Shown: positions 52,182 through 62,416, counted from the stretch's first letter. The stretch: 64,000 nucleotides of DNA from an uncultured Armatimonadia bacterium (GCA_963749155.1 CAVVLO010000002.1:320001-384000); one strand, 5' to 3'. Numbers and translations: made by a program. Notes: a model not told the origin generated them from the letters alone.

Positions 52182-53846
52182 TTAGTAGAGCCCGCCACTA
52201 CGACGCACCCCGTGCACCAGCCAGGCCAGCAGCAGCAGCGCTCCTGTCAGGCCAGCTCCTCCAATGAGGTGGGTCAGCTCGTGCCCGCGGATATAGAGAT
52301 TTGTGTTTACCTGAGCCAGTAAGACTGAAGTCAATCCAAGCCCCACCGAAGTGATTGCTACCGCCAGACGATTAGTTCCTCGGTCGAAGCGCTTAAGAGG
52401 TTTATCGAGTCCGACAGGTTCGATATTTATAAGCAAGCTGTCGGTACGCAGCTTCGTTAATAACTGTGATACATCGTGTGGGAGCTGCGCGAGCATCCGG
52501 CGAGACCGAGTCAGCAAGTCATACCCGCGCGCAACTGGATCGCCTGGCTTCAGGTCAGCAATCAGCGCCCGCTTGAGCTGTCCCTCCACGACCTTCATCA
52601 AGTCAAGCTCGGGGCTAAGGGTCCGAGAGATCGCCTCGAGATGGGGCCAGACTCGCACCAGCATCGCAAGCTGACGTCCTATCCGGATATTATAATCGTG
52701 ACACAGCGCCAAAACGTCTTTGAAACTCCCAGCCAGCGAGAGCCGTTGACTCGGCACCCCCTGATACTTCGCGAACAACTGCTCCACATCGAAGGCGAAC
52801 CTTTCTCTTTCGAAGTGGGGCGGCACCTCGCCAAGCTCTCCAATCAACTCGGCAAACTGCTCAACCTCTCCTCGGGCGAAGGCCAGTAGCATCGACACCA
52901 GCAGGGCTCTTACCCGGTTGGGCAATCCCCGAGCCGAGCCACAGTCCAGAAGAGCCAGGCTCCCATCCGGTAGTACCAGCACATTACCCGCATGCGGATC
53001 CGCGTGGAAGAAACCTGTCAGCAATACCTGGCGCAGCACTAGCCTCGCAAAACGCTCCGCCAGCTCTGTGCGGTCGAAAGCCGCTCTGTCCAGTGCCGCC
53101 AGGTCAGTAATTTTAATGCCCTCGAGGTACTCCATCGTGAGTACGCTATCGGAAGAATAATCGAAGAAGACCTTCGGCACCTTGGCGCGCTCTTTGGCTT
53201 CTTCCATCTCGCTGCCCAGGCGCGTTGCATAATTGGCCTCAATCCTGTAATTCAATTCATCGAGTAAGGAGCGAGAAAACTCCTCTGCGAGCCCTTGCAG
53301 GTCAAAGGAGGCCACCGAAGGGATGTTCTGCTCTAGCCAGTTCGCCAGGTTACGCAGGATATGCAGGTCGGTATAGGTGGTCTCCCGAGCCCCCGGTTTC
53401 AAGACTTTTATCGCAACGACCTCGCCTGTCAGCAACCTGCCCTTGTGTACCTGGGCCAGGCTGGCAGCCGCAATTGGGGTGGGGTCTACTTCAGCGAAGA
53501 TCTCGCTCAGAGCGCCTTTCAATTCGCGCTCGATTATTGGCTGGATCTGAGCAAAGGGGACAGTTGAAGTCTCATCCTGCAGTTTGGCGAGTTCTTGCGC
53601 ATACTCGTTGGGAATGAGGTCATTACGTGTTGCGAGAAGCTGCCCGAATTTGGTAGACACCGGTCCAAGTTCAGCCAGCAGGCACCGCACTTCCTCTGGC
53701 CCAATCAGTTCACGATGCGGCTCTCGACTGCGCGGGTGAAAGGACAAGCCTGCTGCCCGCACAACCGCCGACGCGCCGTGTTTCCACAGCGTAGAGGCGA
53801 TCTTGCCATACCTGGAGAAGACCCGCTTGGTGCCAAACAACCGCAT
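52182..53846 (-). CDS. ABC1/UbiB/AarF atypical kinase
   Basis: 'LGP..TKFGQ', 'AASLAQVH', 'VAIKV', 'FFHADPHAGN', two C-terminal TMs. Confidence 0.92.
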   Translation of the reverse strand: MRLFGTKRVFSRYGKIASTLWKHGASAVVRAAGLSFHPRSREPHRELIGPEEVRCLLAELGPVSTKFGQLLATRNDLIPNEYAQELAKLQDETSTVPFAQIQPIIERELKGALSEIFAEVDPTPIAAASLAQVHKGRLLTGEVVAIKVLKPGARETTYTDLHILRNLANWLEQNIPSVASFDLQGLAEEFSRSLLDELNYRIEANYATRLGSEMEEAKERAKVPKVFFDYSSDSVLTMEYLEGIKITDLAALDRAAFDRTELAERFARLVLRQVLLTGFFHADPHAGNVLVLPDGSLALLDCGSARGLPNRVRALLVSMLLAFARGEVEQFAELIGELGEVPPHFERERFAFDVEQLFAKYQGVPSQRLSLAGSFKDVLALCHDYNIRIGRQLAMLVRVWPHLEAISRTLSPELDLMKVVEGQLKRALIADLKPGDPVARGYDLLTRSRRMLAQLPHDVSQLLTKLRTDSLLINIEPVGLDKPLKRFDRGTNRLAVAITSVGLGLTSVLLAQVNTNLYIRGHELTHLIGGAGLTGALLLLAWLVHGVRRSGGLY

Positions 53847-53863
53847 CGTTTTGTCTGTGCCGC

Positions 53864-54184
53864 CTAAGCCTGAGAAGCCAGGCGTTGCTCGAGATCAGCA
53901 ATCTGCTTGCGCAAAGCGTCAACCTCGCCTCGCAAAGTCTCCAGCTCACCTTTTGTGCATACTCCAGCCCTGGCAAGCTGCTCCCGCACCAGATCCCTGG
54001 CAAGTTGCTCCAGCTCGGTCCGTCGTTTCTGGGCAGCTTCAACTAGCTCATCCAGAAGTTGCTTGCCCTCATCTTCCCCCAGATGGCCTCTTACTCTCAA
54101 AGTCTCCACCATCTGCTGGGCGCGCTCAGTCGTTACACTTGCGGCGCCAAGAGCGACCGCTAGCAACTCTTCAATTGATATCAA
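53864..54184 (-). CDS. Phasin-like coiled-coil protein
   Basis: 'ALGAASVTTERA...L..RG.L...EGKQLLDEL', C-terminal heptads; directly upstream of the ABC1 kinase; TTG start after GGAGG. Confidence 0.75.
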   Translation of the reverse strand: MISIEELLAVALGAASVTTERAQQMVETLRVRGHLGEDEGKQLLDELVEAAQKRRTELEQLARDLVREQLARAGVCTKGELETLRGEVDALRKQIADLEQRLASQA

Positions 54185-54206
54185 TTTGCCTCCCTCCACT
54201 GGCCTG

Positions 54207-54929
54207 CTAGATACCCAGTTGCTGCTCCAGCTTCTTTATTCGGTCCTTGGTTGGGGGATGGGTCGCAATCCACCGCTCGAGTGTGCTTGGAGAACCTTCT
54301 TCCAGGCTCTCGAGTGTCCTTAAAAATCTAAGCAAGCCATCCGACTTGTACCCCGACTGGGAAGCATAAACCGTGCCATATTTGTCTGCAGTGTATTCAT
54401 CTTCTCGACTGTAACCGCTCATCACCAGGGCATTGGCAATACTGGCACCTAGCACCACTGCATCAGATTGCTCCCCCAGGAGGACGCCGGCAGCCAGGGC
54501 TAGCTTTGTCTGCTTTTCGATCATCTTGGCCCCATGCCGTTTCACCACATGGGCTATCTCGTGACCTACAACCCCTGCCAGTTCGTCATCGCTAGTGACC
54601 TCTTCAAGAAGCCCCCGGGTCACGTAGATATATCCACCAGGGGCGGCCATAGCGTTGACGTCTTTAGTATTGAGTATCTTGAAACTCCAGGGCAGCTCAG
54701 CTCTCGAAGTGTCAGCGGCAATCCTGTCGCCAATCCGCTGCACTCGGCGAGTCTGAGTTTCGTCCTTCCACAAGCCGTATTCCTTTTCCAGAGACTTGCC
54801 GGCGCTGCTGCCTAGCTCGATTTCGTCTTCGGTGCTGACTTTGAAGGGGTCATCGCATCCTATTACGAATATCGAGCCAATTGCCAGCAACGCCAGCATA
54901 AGCAGGCTGGTCAGTCTAAGCATTACCAT
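54207..54929 (-). CDS. M48 family zinc metallopeptidase, probable lipoprotein
   Basis: 'VIGC' lipobox-like, 'NAMAAPGG', 'HEIAH', 'YSREDE..AD', 'THP'. Confidence 0.9.
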   Translation of the reverse strand: MVMLRLTSLLMLALLAIGSIFVIGCDDPFKVSTEDEIELGSSAGKSLEKEYGLWKDETQTRRVQRIGDRIAADTSRAELPWSFKILNTKDVNAMAAPGGYIYVTRGLLEEVTSDDELAGVVGHEIAHVVKRHGAKMIEKQTKLALAAGVLLGEQSDAVVLGASIANALVMSGYSREDEYTADKYGTVYASQSGYKSDGLLRFLRTLESLEEGSPSTLERWIATHPPTKDRIKKLEQQLGI

Positions 54930-54935
54930 CGCTTC

Positions 54936-55388
54936 CTAGAATAACCCGACGCGGACGTCAATTATTGCCGAGACGCCGACACCTTTTACAACTTTCGTCT
55001 TGGTTGGATTCGAGCTGCTAACCGGAAGCAGCAGCTTGCCTCTCAGGACACCGAAGCTGGTTTCGAACTGGCCGACCGCCTTCACTTTCTTCAATAGATC
55101 CTGATCGCCAGCAACCTGAGCTGCGCCGACTGCGATTCCGCCACCAGCCGAGATAATTGGCACCACTTTGGTGGCCTGCTTTACCTCGACCTTGTTTTGC
55201 AACAGCAGCTTGTTCACGAAGTTATTGATGTCGTCGCTGTAATGCCTGACTGCGGCTACAATAGCCGCCCCAGTTAGCAGGTCGCCGATATCGGGCAAGC
55301 TAAACGCCTGGGCCGGCAAGCTTATTACGAGCCCGCAGACGAGGGTCAGAGCGATAAGTAGAAGTCCCAGTTTCTGATTAGTCTTCAT
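54936..55388 (-). CDS. Exported hypothetical protein
   Basis: Signal peptide ending 'AQA'; C-terminal domain similar to that of the next gene. Confidence 0.8.
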   Translation of the reverse strand: MKTNQKLGLLLIALTLVCGLVISLPAQAFSLPDIGDLLTGAAIVAAVRHYSDDINNFVNKLLLQNKVEVKQATKVVPIISAGGGIAVGAAQVAGDQDLLKKVKAVGQFETSFGVLRGKLLLPVSSSNPTKTKVVKGVGVSAIIDVRVGLF

Positions 55389-55404
55389 CAGCTTCTCCTC
55401 CCCC

Positions 55405-56184
55405 TCACAGCTTGACATCCACAAGGCCTGTCACTCCGACCTTGGGGATGCGATCGATATCTTTGAAGTCGGTCTCGCCCACTGGTACGAGCACTCTGGC
55501 CCGGAACTTTCCATCCAGAAACTTGCCCTCGAGCTGCACGACTGCCTTGCATTCGTCGATGCGCGCCTTCGGGCCAGTCACCTGGACAGCACCCAATCTG
55601 AGTCCGCTACCAAGTGCCAGCAACGGCACGATCTTGTTCTCCCAGGTATCGTAGTCCTCTTCTTCTTCTTCATAGATGCGGGCATCGGGAAAGAGTATTG
55701 TCACAAGGTTCTCTCGCCAGCTACGCGCCAAATCCTGGGCGGAAGTGCCATAAGCCTCGGCATCTACAACCGTGGCTGTGGCGATGCTCTGGTCACCAAT
55801 TGCCAGCACCCAGATACCGTTTTGTTGAAGGGTCTGGATATCTCCCACCGCGAACTCGCTCTCGAACAACGCGTTTAGCCGGTCACTTGCGATCTCGGCC
55901 CGGCCAAATCCGGTGAGATCCGGGGTCAGGGTATACAGTGTCGCTACCAGGTTGCCATCCACCAGGAGTTCTCCCACCTGGATATCATCGATCACTGCGG
56001 CATTTGCCGTAGCCAGATGCAGGGGAGTTTCTTCCTGGGGTACGGGTTCATCCACCGTTGGCTCATCGGTCACTGGTGGCTCTTCATCCGCCGCGGTTAC
56101 AAGCAGTACCGCGCTTAACAGCGCCATCACCGCAAATAGTGCCAGGATTAGCACAAGCGGTGAGGCAAAACCTTTTACTCGCAT
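55405..56184 (-). CDS. Exported hypothetical two-domain protein
   Basis: Signal peptide, acidic N-domain, C-terminal domain paralogous to 54936..55388; AGGAGG RBS. Confidence 0.8.
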   Translation of the reverse strand: MRVKGFASPLVLILALFAVMALLSAVLLVTAADEEPPVTDEPTVDEPVPQEETPLHLATANAAVIDDIQVGELLVDGNLVATLYTLTPDLTGFGRAEIASDRLNALFESEFAVGDIQTLQQNGIWVLAIGDQSIATATVVDAEAYGTSAQDLARSWRENLVTILFPDARIYEEEEEDYDTWENKIVPLLALGSGLRLGAVQVTGPKARIDECKAVVQLEGKFLDGKFRARVLVPVGETDFKDIDRIPKVGVTGLVDVKL

Positions 56185-56238
56185 TGTTGCCACCTCCTGT
56201 TTCAATAATAGCAGAGATTTGCTAGATTACCCTTAACA

Positions 56239-56264
56239 GACTCCTCCCAATCTCCAGTGTTTCA
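56239..56264 (-). promoter_or_regulatory. Candidate ECF-sigma promoter
   Basis: TGAAAC-N16-AGTC upstream of 56184. Confidence 0.45.
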
Positions 56265-56271
56265 AAACTCC

Positions 56272-57096
56272 TTATTTACTCAGGCTGTTCCCGAAGCGAG
56301 TTTCCAGCGCCAGCCGACTAGCCAGACTGCGCAATTCGACCGTAGCCGGAGCCTCTGGCCTGGCAATAGCCACAGGAGTTTGTGCGAGCACCGCTGCCGG
56401 CACAGCTCCATCCAGAGGCACCCAGCCTGCCAGGCCAGGTTCCATAAAAAGAAACCGCGCGCAAGAGCCTCTTACTGTCTCGTAGCACTCCCTTGCCTGC
56501 CGTTCTCCGCTGGTCTGATTGAACAGCAACTCCACTTCCCCGCCCCAATCCGACAATTTGAGCAATTTGAGAAAAGCGTACAAATCCACAAGCGACGTCG
56601 GCTCGGGAGTGGCCACAAGTACCAGTCTGTTTGTCATATTGACGAGTTGCCGGACGTTTCGTTCAATCCCTGCAGGCGCATCAAGCAACACCAGATCATA
56701 CCGATTCATTACTCTTTCGAGCCCCCGGTGGACGATTGCCTGATCCTCCTCCTGCAAGCTCGCCAGCCGCATCGTATCCAGGCCTCCACTCACCAGGTCG
56801 AAACCAAATTTACTGTGATGAACCACCTGTTCGAGCGGCTTGTCTCCTTTTAGCAGCACATCGGCCCCATACCTTGGATATTCGCCAGTCATCACGCAAA
56901 CATTGGCAAGCCCAAGATCTGCGTCAAAAAGCAGCACCTGCTTGCCTTCTTGGGCAAGCAGGCAAGCCAGATTGACCGCCAGGGTGGTCTTTCCAACGCC
57001 CCCCTTGCCCGAGGCGATTACAAGCAGCCTGTTTCGCGCCTCACCCAGCCCTTCCCCTCCAAGCGCCTGACGCAGCCGTGTAGCCTGGTCACTCAT
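56272..57096 (-). CDS. flhG: Flagellar MinD-like ATPase FlhG/FleN
   Basis: 'DQA.RLR', 'SGKGGVGKT', 'DADLGLAN', 'PEPTS'. Confidence 0.92.
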   Translation of the reverse strand: MSDQATRLRQALGGEGLGEARNRLLVIASGKGGVGKTTLAVNLACLLAQEGKQVLLFDADLGLANVCVMTGEYPRYGADVLLKGDKPLEQVVHHSKFGFDLVSGGLDTMRLASLQEEDQAIVHRGLERVMNRYDLVLLDAPAGIERNVRQLVNMTNRLVLVATPEPTSLVDLYAFLKLLKLSDWGGEVELLFNQTSGERQARECYETVRGSCARFLFMEPGLAGWVPLDGAVPAAVLAQTPVAIARPEAPATVELRSLASRLALETRFGNSLSK

Positions 57097-58177
57097 ACTT
57101 GTACCTCGAAGCAAGCCGGTTCTCGGAGCCCATAAGTGCCTCCACCAGGGGCAGAGCCTCGGCTACCGCAAGATCATCAGGCACCTCTTGCCCATTTGTG
57201 ACGTAGCGGGCCGGCAGAGGATGTAGCAGCATCGCCTCAAAGGGGGCGCTGCAGCGCACTGCCTCATCCAGTTTGCTGAAGAGATAATGGGTCGGACGCA
57301 AAGCCTGGAAGCGCTCAACGATATCAGCCAGCTCCCGACTTGAGGTGGTTGCCGATAACACCAGATGGACTTCCTTCTGGCGAAATCCGCCGATATATTC
57401 CGCCAGTTCGCGCAACCTGGAGTCGTCTCGCTGCGACCTGCCGGGTGTATCAACCAGTACAAATTCCGCTCCAGCCAGTCGATTCAAGGCTCTCGGCAGG
57501 TCAGAGGGAGTCCGCACGACTTCGAGCCGCAGTCCCAGGATATCTGCATAAGTGCGCAGTTGCTCAACCGCGCCAATCCTGTAAGTATCAACCGTAATAA
57601 GAGCTGCCTCTCGCCCGTGTACCAGCGCCAGCCGGGCGGCAATCTTGGCAAGTGAAGTCGTTTTGCCAACTCCAGTCGGGCCGACAAAAATCATTGCGGT
57701 CGGCTCCAGAGGTTCTCCCACACAATCCATCAACTGGGCCAGTGCAGCTGCGACCTGAGGCCTGGTTGGCACTCGCGAGTTGACCGGCGCGACCTGTGAA
57801 AGCTCTGCGGCAAGCGGTGTTGCCGCCTCCTCTCCCAGCCCCAAAGCCTGCAGATAAGCGCGCGTCGAGGCCAGGCTTTCTTCAGGTTCGATTAGCGCAG
57901 GCTTGGGCTCGATTACAGTGGTGACACTCTGTCTGGAGCCAATTGTGTGCTGCGGACTCCGAGCTACCGGTCTTTCACTCAGTTGCTCGTGCACCAGCCC
58001 GGCAGGCTCATCCAGCACGCCGGCAGCTATCTCTATGCGCGCTGGCCGCATAAAGCCAAGCGCCCCTTCCTGACGTCGTGTTTTGGTGGAGAGAATTACC
58101 GCATCAGGCCCTAGCTCTTGGCGGATAAGTTCCAAGCCCTGCGCCATTGACTCCACTTCGTACCGTTTGACCTTCAT
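57089..58177 (-). CDS. flhF: Flagellar SRP-family GTPase
   Basis: 'ELGPDAVILS', 'GPTGVGKTT', 'DTYRIGA', 'DTPG', 'SKLD', 'GQEVPDD'. Confidence 0.95.
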   Translation of the reverse strand: MKVKRYEVESMAQGLELIRQELGPDAVILSTKTRRQEGALGFMRPARIEIAAGVLDEPAGLVHEQLSERPVARSPQHTIGSRQSVTTVIEPKPALIEPEESLASTRAYLQALGLGEEAATPLAAELSQVAPVNSRVPTRPQVAAALAQLMDCVGEPLEPTAMIFVGPTGVGKTTSLAKIAARLALVHGREAALITVDTYRIGAVEQLRTYADILGLRLEVVRTPSDLPRALNRLAGAEFVLVDTPGRSQRDDSRLRELAEYIGGFRQKEVHLVLSATTSSRELADIVERFQALRPTHYLFSKLDEAVRCSAPFEAMLLHPLPARYVTNGQEVPDDLAVAEALPLVEALMGSENRLASRYKYE

Positions 58178-60231
58178 CTTGCAACCTCACAACGGCCAGG
58201 GTCTTGAGCTTGACCTGATCTGTCAGCTCTCCGCGCGCGAGCAAGGTCAGCTCCTTGTAAACAGGAAGCAGCAATCCGCGCAGGAAAGGTCTCAGTTCAT
58301 CGGCACAGACCAGTGTTGGACTTACCCCAAGCTGCGCTACACGAGCTATCTCGGCGCCTGTGGCGTCCATAAACCGGCTCCATAGCTCAATCGAATCTGC
58401 CGGATCGCTCCTGCCAGAGTCGCTAGCATCTTCCTTCAGAGCTTGCTCGAGCCCATAATCCAGCACTATCAGGTTCAGGTTGCCCTCAGGGTCAACCAGG
58501 TCGGCACAAAGTTGTGCCCCAAGCGCCTTGCGTACGGCCTCGCCAAGCTTGGCTAGATCCTTTTCGTAAGGCGCCATATCGCCCAAAGTCTCGAGGATTG
58601 TCACCAGGTCGCGGATTGGCACTCGCTCATCCAGAAGATATTGCAGCACCTTGTGAACCTGGCCAAGATTCAACAGGTTGGGTACAACCTCACTGACCAG
58701 CACCGAATTGCTCTCTTTCAAGGTGTCCAGGAGTTCCTGACATTCCTTGCGCCCAAACAGTCTGCTGCCATTTCGCCTTACCGTCTCGGCCAGATGGGTC
58801 GCTACCACACTGGAAGGAGTTACCACGGTGTAACCAGAGGCCTCGGCTATCAGCTTTTGTGATTCCATAATCCAGACGGCATCTACCCCAAAGGCCGGGT
58901 CTTTCGTCTTTATGCCTTCAATTTCAGGCTGGCCAGGCACCGATGAGACTGCCAGAAGTCGCCCTGTCATAACCTCGCCCCGGGCAACTTCAACTCCCCG
59001 GATTCGCAGCACATATTCGCCCGGCTTCAGGCTTATGACATCGCGCACCCGCACAGGGGGCATTATGAAGCCCAGGCTGGAGGCAAGTTGGCGCCTTACC
59101 GACTTCACGCGCTCGAGCAAGTCGCCTCCCTGCCCCGCATCTACCAAAGGCACCAGCCCATATCCGATCTCCAGTGTTACCGGATCCACCTTCAGCAACT
59201 CGGAGGCTTCGCTCTCCTGCGGGGGCGCCTGTTTCCCAGCCGTCTCTTCGATTTCTTCCTCTGACTCGACAACAGGCGGTGACTTCGCCAGGCTATACCC
59301 AATAATGCCAACTGTGGCGGCAATAACCAGCACTACAAGCTTCGGCACACCAGGCACCAGCGCGAAAGTCGTTATTACTACCGAGGCCAGCCCTAGCGTC
59401 CGCGGGTTGGAGAATATCTGCCCGGCCAGATCTTTCCCCAGGCTGCTCTCCGTCGCCGCGCGTGTGACAATGAAACCGGTGGCCGTCGAAACAAGCAAGG
59501 CAGGGATCTGCGTAACCAGTCCCTCGCCCACTGTCAGCAAGGTATAGCGTTGCAGAGAGTCGGTTATTGACATCCCATGCTGGGCCATCCCAATTATGAA
59601 TCCGCCCACGATGTCTATAACCACAATCACGATCGCCGCAATCGCATCGCCCCTTACGAATTTCGAGGCGCCATCCATCGCGCCATAAAAGTCCGCTTCC
59701 TGCTCTATCTCGCGTCGTCTTCTACGCGCCTCTGCCTCATTTATCAGCCCAGAGGAAAGGTCGGCATCGATACTGAGTTGCTTGCCTGGCATCGCATCCA
59801 GCGTAAACCTGGCCGCTACTTCGGCAACTCGTCCCGCGCCACTGGTGATGACAGCAAACTGGATAACAATAAGTATGAAGAAGACAACCAGACCAACGAT
59901 GTAGTTGCCCCCGATCACGAAGCTACCGAAAGCCTCGATCACATGCCCGCCTTGCGCGCTCGAGAGGATGAGCCTTGCCGCAGCCACATTGAGTGAAAGC
60001 CTGAAGAGGGTCATCCCAAGAAGCAACGCGGGGAATACACTGAAAGCGAGGGGTTTGGGCGTATACATCGCGTTGAGCAGCACGACAACGGCAGAGGCGA
60101 TATTCACCAGCAACAAGGCGTCCAGAGCCATTGGGGGCATCGGCACGACTAGGCATCATCAGCACTGCCATACCGCCAATCGGCGCCAGTACATCTGAAT
60201 GCTGAAGCAACCTGGACAGCACCTGCTGCAT
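58104..60231 (-). CDS. flhA: Flagellar export protein FlhA, frameshifted at about 60152
   Basis: 'RVAEVAARFTLDAMPGKQ', 'FYGAMDGASKFVRGDA'; removing one C joins the 60231 start (MQQVLS..., with RBS). Confidence 0.95.
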
Positions 60232-60262
60232 TCCGGCTCCTCTCCCCCAAGGCGGTCAGTGG

Positions 60263-61342
60263 CTAGTAGATGGTCTGTAATTTCCGACGCAGTTTCTCGC
60301 TGGTTTGCGCAACAAAGGCATAGACTTCTGCCACGAGCGCCAGCAGTGGCTCTGGTACGGAATCTCCCACCTCCGTTGTGCTATACAATCTGCGTGCCAG
60401 AACGGGGCTTTCGACGATTGGGACCGAATGTTTCGAAGCTAGTAACTTTATCTTCAAGGCCAGTTCATCTACGCCCTTGGCCACAACAACCGGCGACTTG
60501 TCTTCTCCAGGCTCATAGGTAAGGGCCAGAGCATAATGAGTCGGGTTAGTGATGACGACATCAGCTTTGGGCACTTCCTGGGTCATACGCCTGCGCGCCA
60601 GGGCTCGCTGCCTTGCCCTTAGTTGCGCCTTCAATATTGGGTCGCCTTCGCTCTGCCTGAATTCTTCCTTGACCTCTTGCTTGGTCATCTTCATCTTCTG
60701 ATAGAAGGTGTACTTGGTGTATGCGAAATCTGCAGCACCGAGGATAAGCAGGGCGACTGCGCCACGCAGTAGAAGCCGATACGTTTCGGCCTCTAGTCTC
60801 AAGACAGCCGCCTCGGGCGCCAAATGCAACAAAGCCATCAACTGGGGGCCTATCCCCCTGATCCCCGTAAACAACACCATCCCGAGCAGTAGTACCTTCG
60901 CAACCGATTTGACCAGTGTGAACAAAGCCTGCATCGAGAACATCCGCGCCAGCCCAGTAACAGGATTCAGTCGTGTGAAGTCCGGTTTCAACGGATAGCT
61001 ACTCGCCACGAAGCCGCTCTGTACCAGGCTGATCCCAAGTGCCACCGCGCATAGAGCGCCCAGCAGCGGTGCCAGCATAAGTGCGGAATGAGAAAGTGGA
61101 ACAAGAAGCAAAGGCACCCAGTCCTCGGTAGAACCTCCCGTCAGGCTTTTGCCTTGCCAAATCAAAGCAAACAGCCCAGCAAGCTGAACCAACTGTTTTT
61201 TGAAGAGGGTGTGGATGACTATCAATCCGGCAATCAGCACACAAGCTGAGACCAATTCCTGACTGCGCGCCACCTGGCCTCTGCGGCGCGCTTCGTCCAT
61301 CCGTTTTGGAGTTGGCGCTTCAGACCGATCGTCTTTGAACAT
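60263..61342 (-). CDS. flhB: Flagellar export protein FlhB
   Basis: 'EAPTPKR', 'EGDP', 'NPTH'. Confidence 0.97.
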   Translation of the reverse strand: MFKDDRSEAPTPKRMDEARRRGQVARSQELVSACVLIAGLIVIHTLFKKQLVQLAGLFALIWQGKSLTGGSTEDWVPLLLVPLSHSALMLAPLLGALCAVALGISLVQSGFVASSYPLKPDFTRLNPVTGLARMFSMQALFTLVKSVAKVLLLGMVLFTGIRGIGPQLMALLHLAPEAAVLRLEAETYRLLLRGAVALLILGAADFAYTKYTFYQKMKMTKQEVKEEFRQSEGDPILKAQLRARQRALARRRMTQEVPKADVVITNPTHYALALTYEPGEDKSPVVVAKGVDELALKIKLLASKHSVPIVESPVLARRLYSTTEVGDSVPEPLLALVAEVYAFVAQTSEKLRRKLQTIY

Positions 61343-61357
61343 TCACGCCTCCTCCGA

Positions 61358-62158
61358 CTAGCGCAGTGCCGCTATCAGTTTTATCCAGTCCGTTGTAATC
61401 CCGTTGAAATGGACTTCCAGCAATCGGACTAGCTCGGGTGAGGCTAGAGTTAGCGCTACCAGAGTAAGGCCTATCTTCACTGGGAAGGCGGTTATGAAGA
61501 CATTCATCTGAGGCACGGTTCGAGCAAGCAAACCGAAACATAAATCAGCAGTAAGCAGCATTGCAACAAGGGGCGCGCCCATCTTGAGGGCAGCCACGAA
61601 CATCGCCGAACTCGATTGCTGCATTGCTTCCCAAGCTTGCCAACCAGGCACAAGTAATCCAGGGGGCGCCACCAGGAAGGTCTGCCCCAGGCCTGTAAGT
61701 AACTGGTGATGCCCGTTCACTGCGAGCAAGGCCAGCAGGGCGAATATGGTGCTGGCCTGCGCCAATACTGATCCCTGCCCCCCCATCGAAGGATCAAGTG
61801 TGCCTGCCGCACCGAACCCAGTTTGGATGTCAACCACCTGGAAGGCTACCTGCACCGCGCCGACCAGCAACTGAGCCAGCAATCCAAGTGCTGCTCCTGT
61901 GGCTAACTCCAGGCAGAACCAGCCTGCCATTACTATCGGACTGTCCGGCACGGTAATCCGGTCTGCCAGTATCAGCGCATAAAAGCTCGAGAGAACAACT
62001 ACGAATAGAGACTTGACTCGCATCGGCATAAGTCGGCTTGATAACACAGGGGCGGTCAGGAACAGCCCCGCCACTCGCCCCGATACCAGAATCCCGCGCG
62101 CAAGCACGGTACCGTAGTCACCATACCAGGTGCCCAGTTGCAGCAGCTCAGCTGCCAA
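61358..62158 (-). CDS. fliR: Flagellar export protein FliR
   Basis: 'DIQTGF', 'RTVPQMNVF...FPVKI'. Confidence 0.93.
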   Translation of the reverse strand: MAAELLQLGTWYGDYGTVLARGILVSGRVAGLFLTAPVLSSRLMPMRVKSLFVVVLSSFYALILADRITVPDSPIVMAGWFCLELATGAALGLLAQLLVGAVQVAFQVVDIQTGFGAAGTLDPSMGGQGSVLAQASTIFALLALLAVNGHHQLLTGLGQTFLVAPPGLLVPGWQAWEAMQQSSSAMFVAALKMGAPLVAMLLTADLCFGLLARTVPQMNVFITAFPVKIGLTLVALTLASPELVRLLEVHFNGITTDWIKLIAALR

Positions 62159-62414
62159 TTGTTCCTACCTGCTCAAACAACTGCCGAGTGAAATCTATTG
62201 CCATCCTGAGCATCCAGTTGCCCGTTAGCATAAGTACGACCATAACAGCCAGTATTTTGGGCACGAAAGCCAGGGTCATCTCCTGCACCTGGGTAACCGC
62301 CTGCAGCAGGCCCACGATTATTCCAGTTACAAGCGCAACTCCTAATACAGGCAGAGTCAGCTTGAGAGTCAGCAGCATTGCCTGTTGCATCAGGCTGACG
62401 AGATCGACTTCCAT
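62148..62414 (-). CDS. fliQ: Flagellar export protein FliQ
   Basis: 'LQAVTQVQEMTLAFVPK'. Confidence 0.95.
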   Translation of the reverse strand: MEVDLVSLMQQAMLLTLKLTLPVLGVALVTGIIVGLLQAVTQVQEMTLAFVPKILAVMVVLMLTGNWMLRMAIDFTRQLFEQVGTIGS

Positions 62415-62416
62415 CT

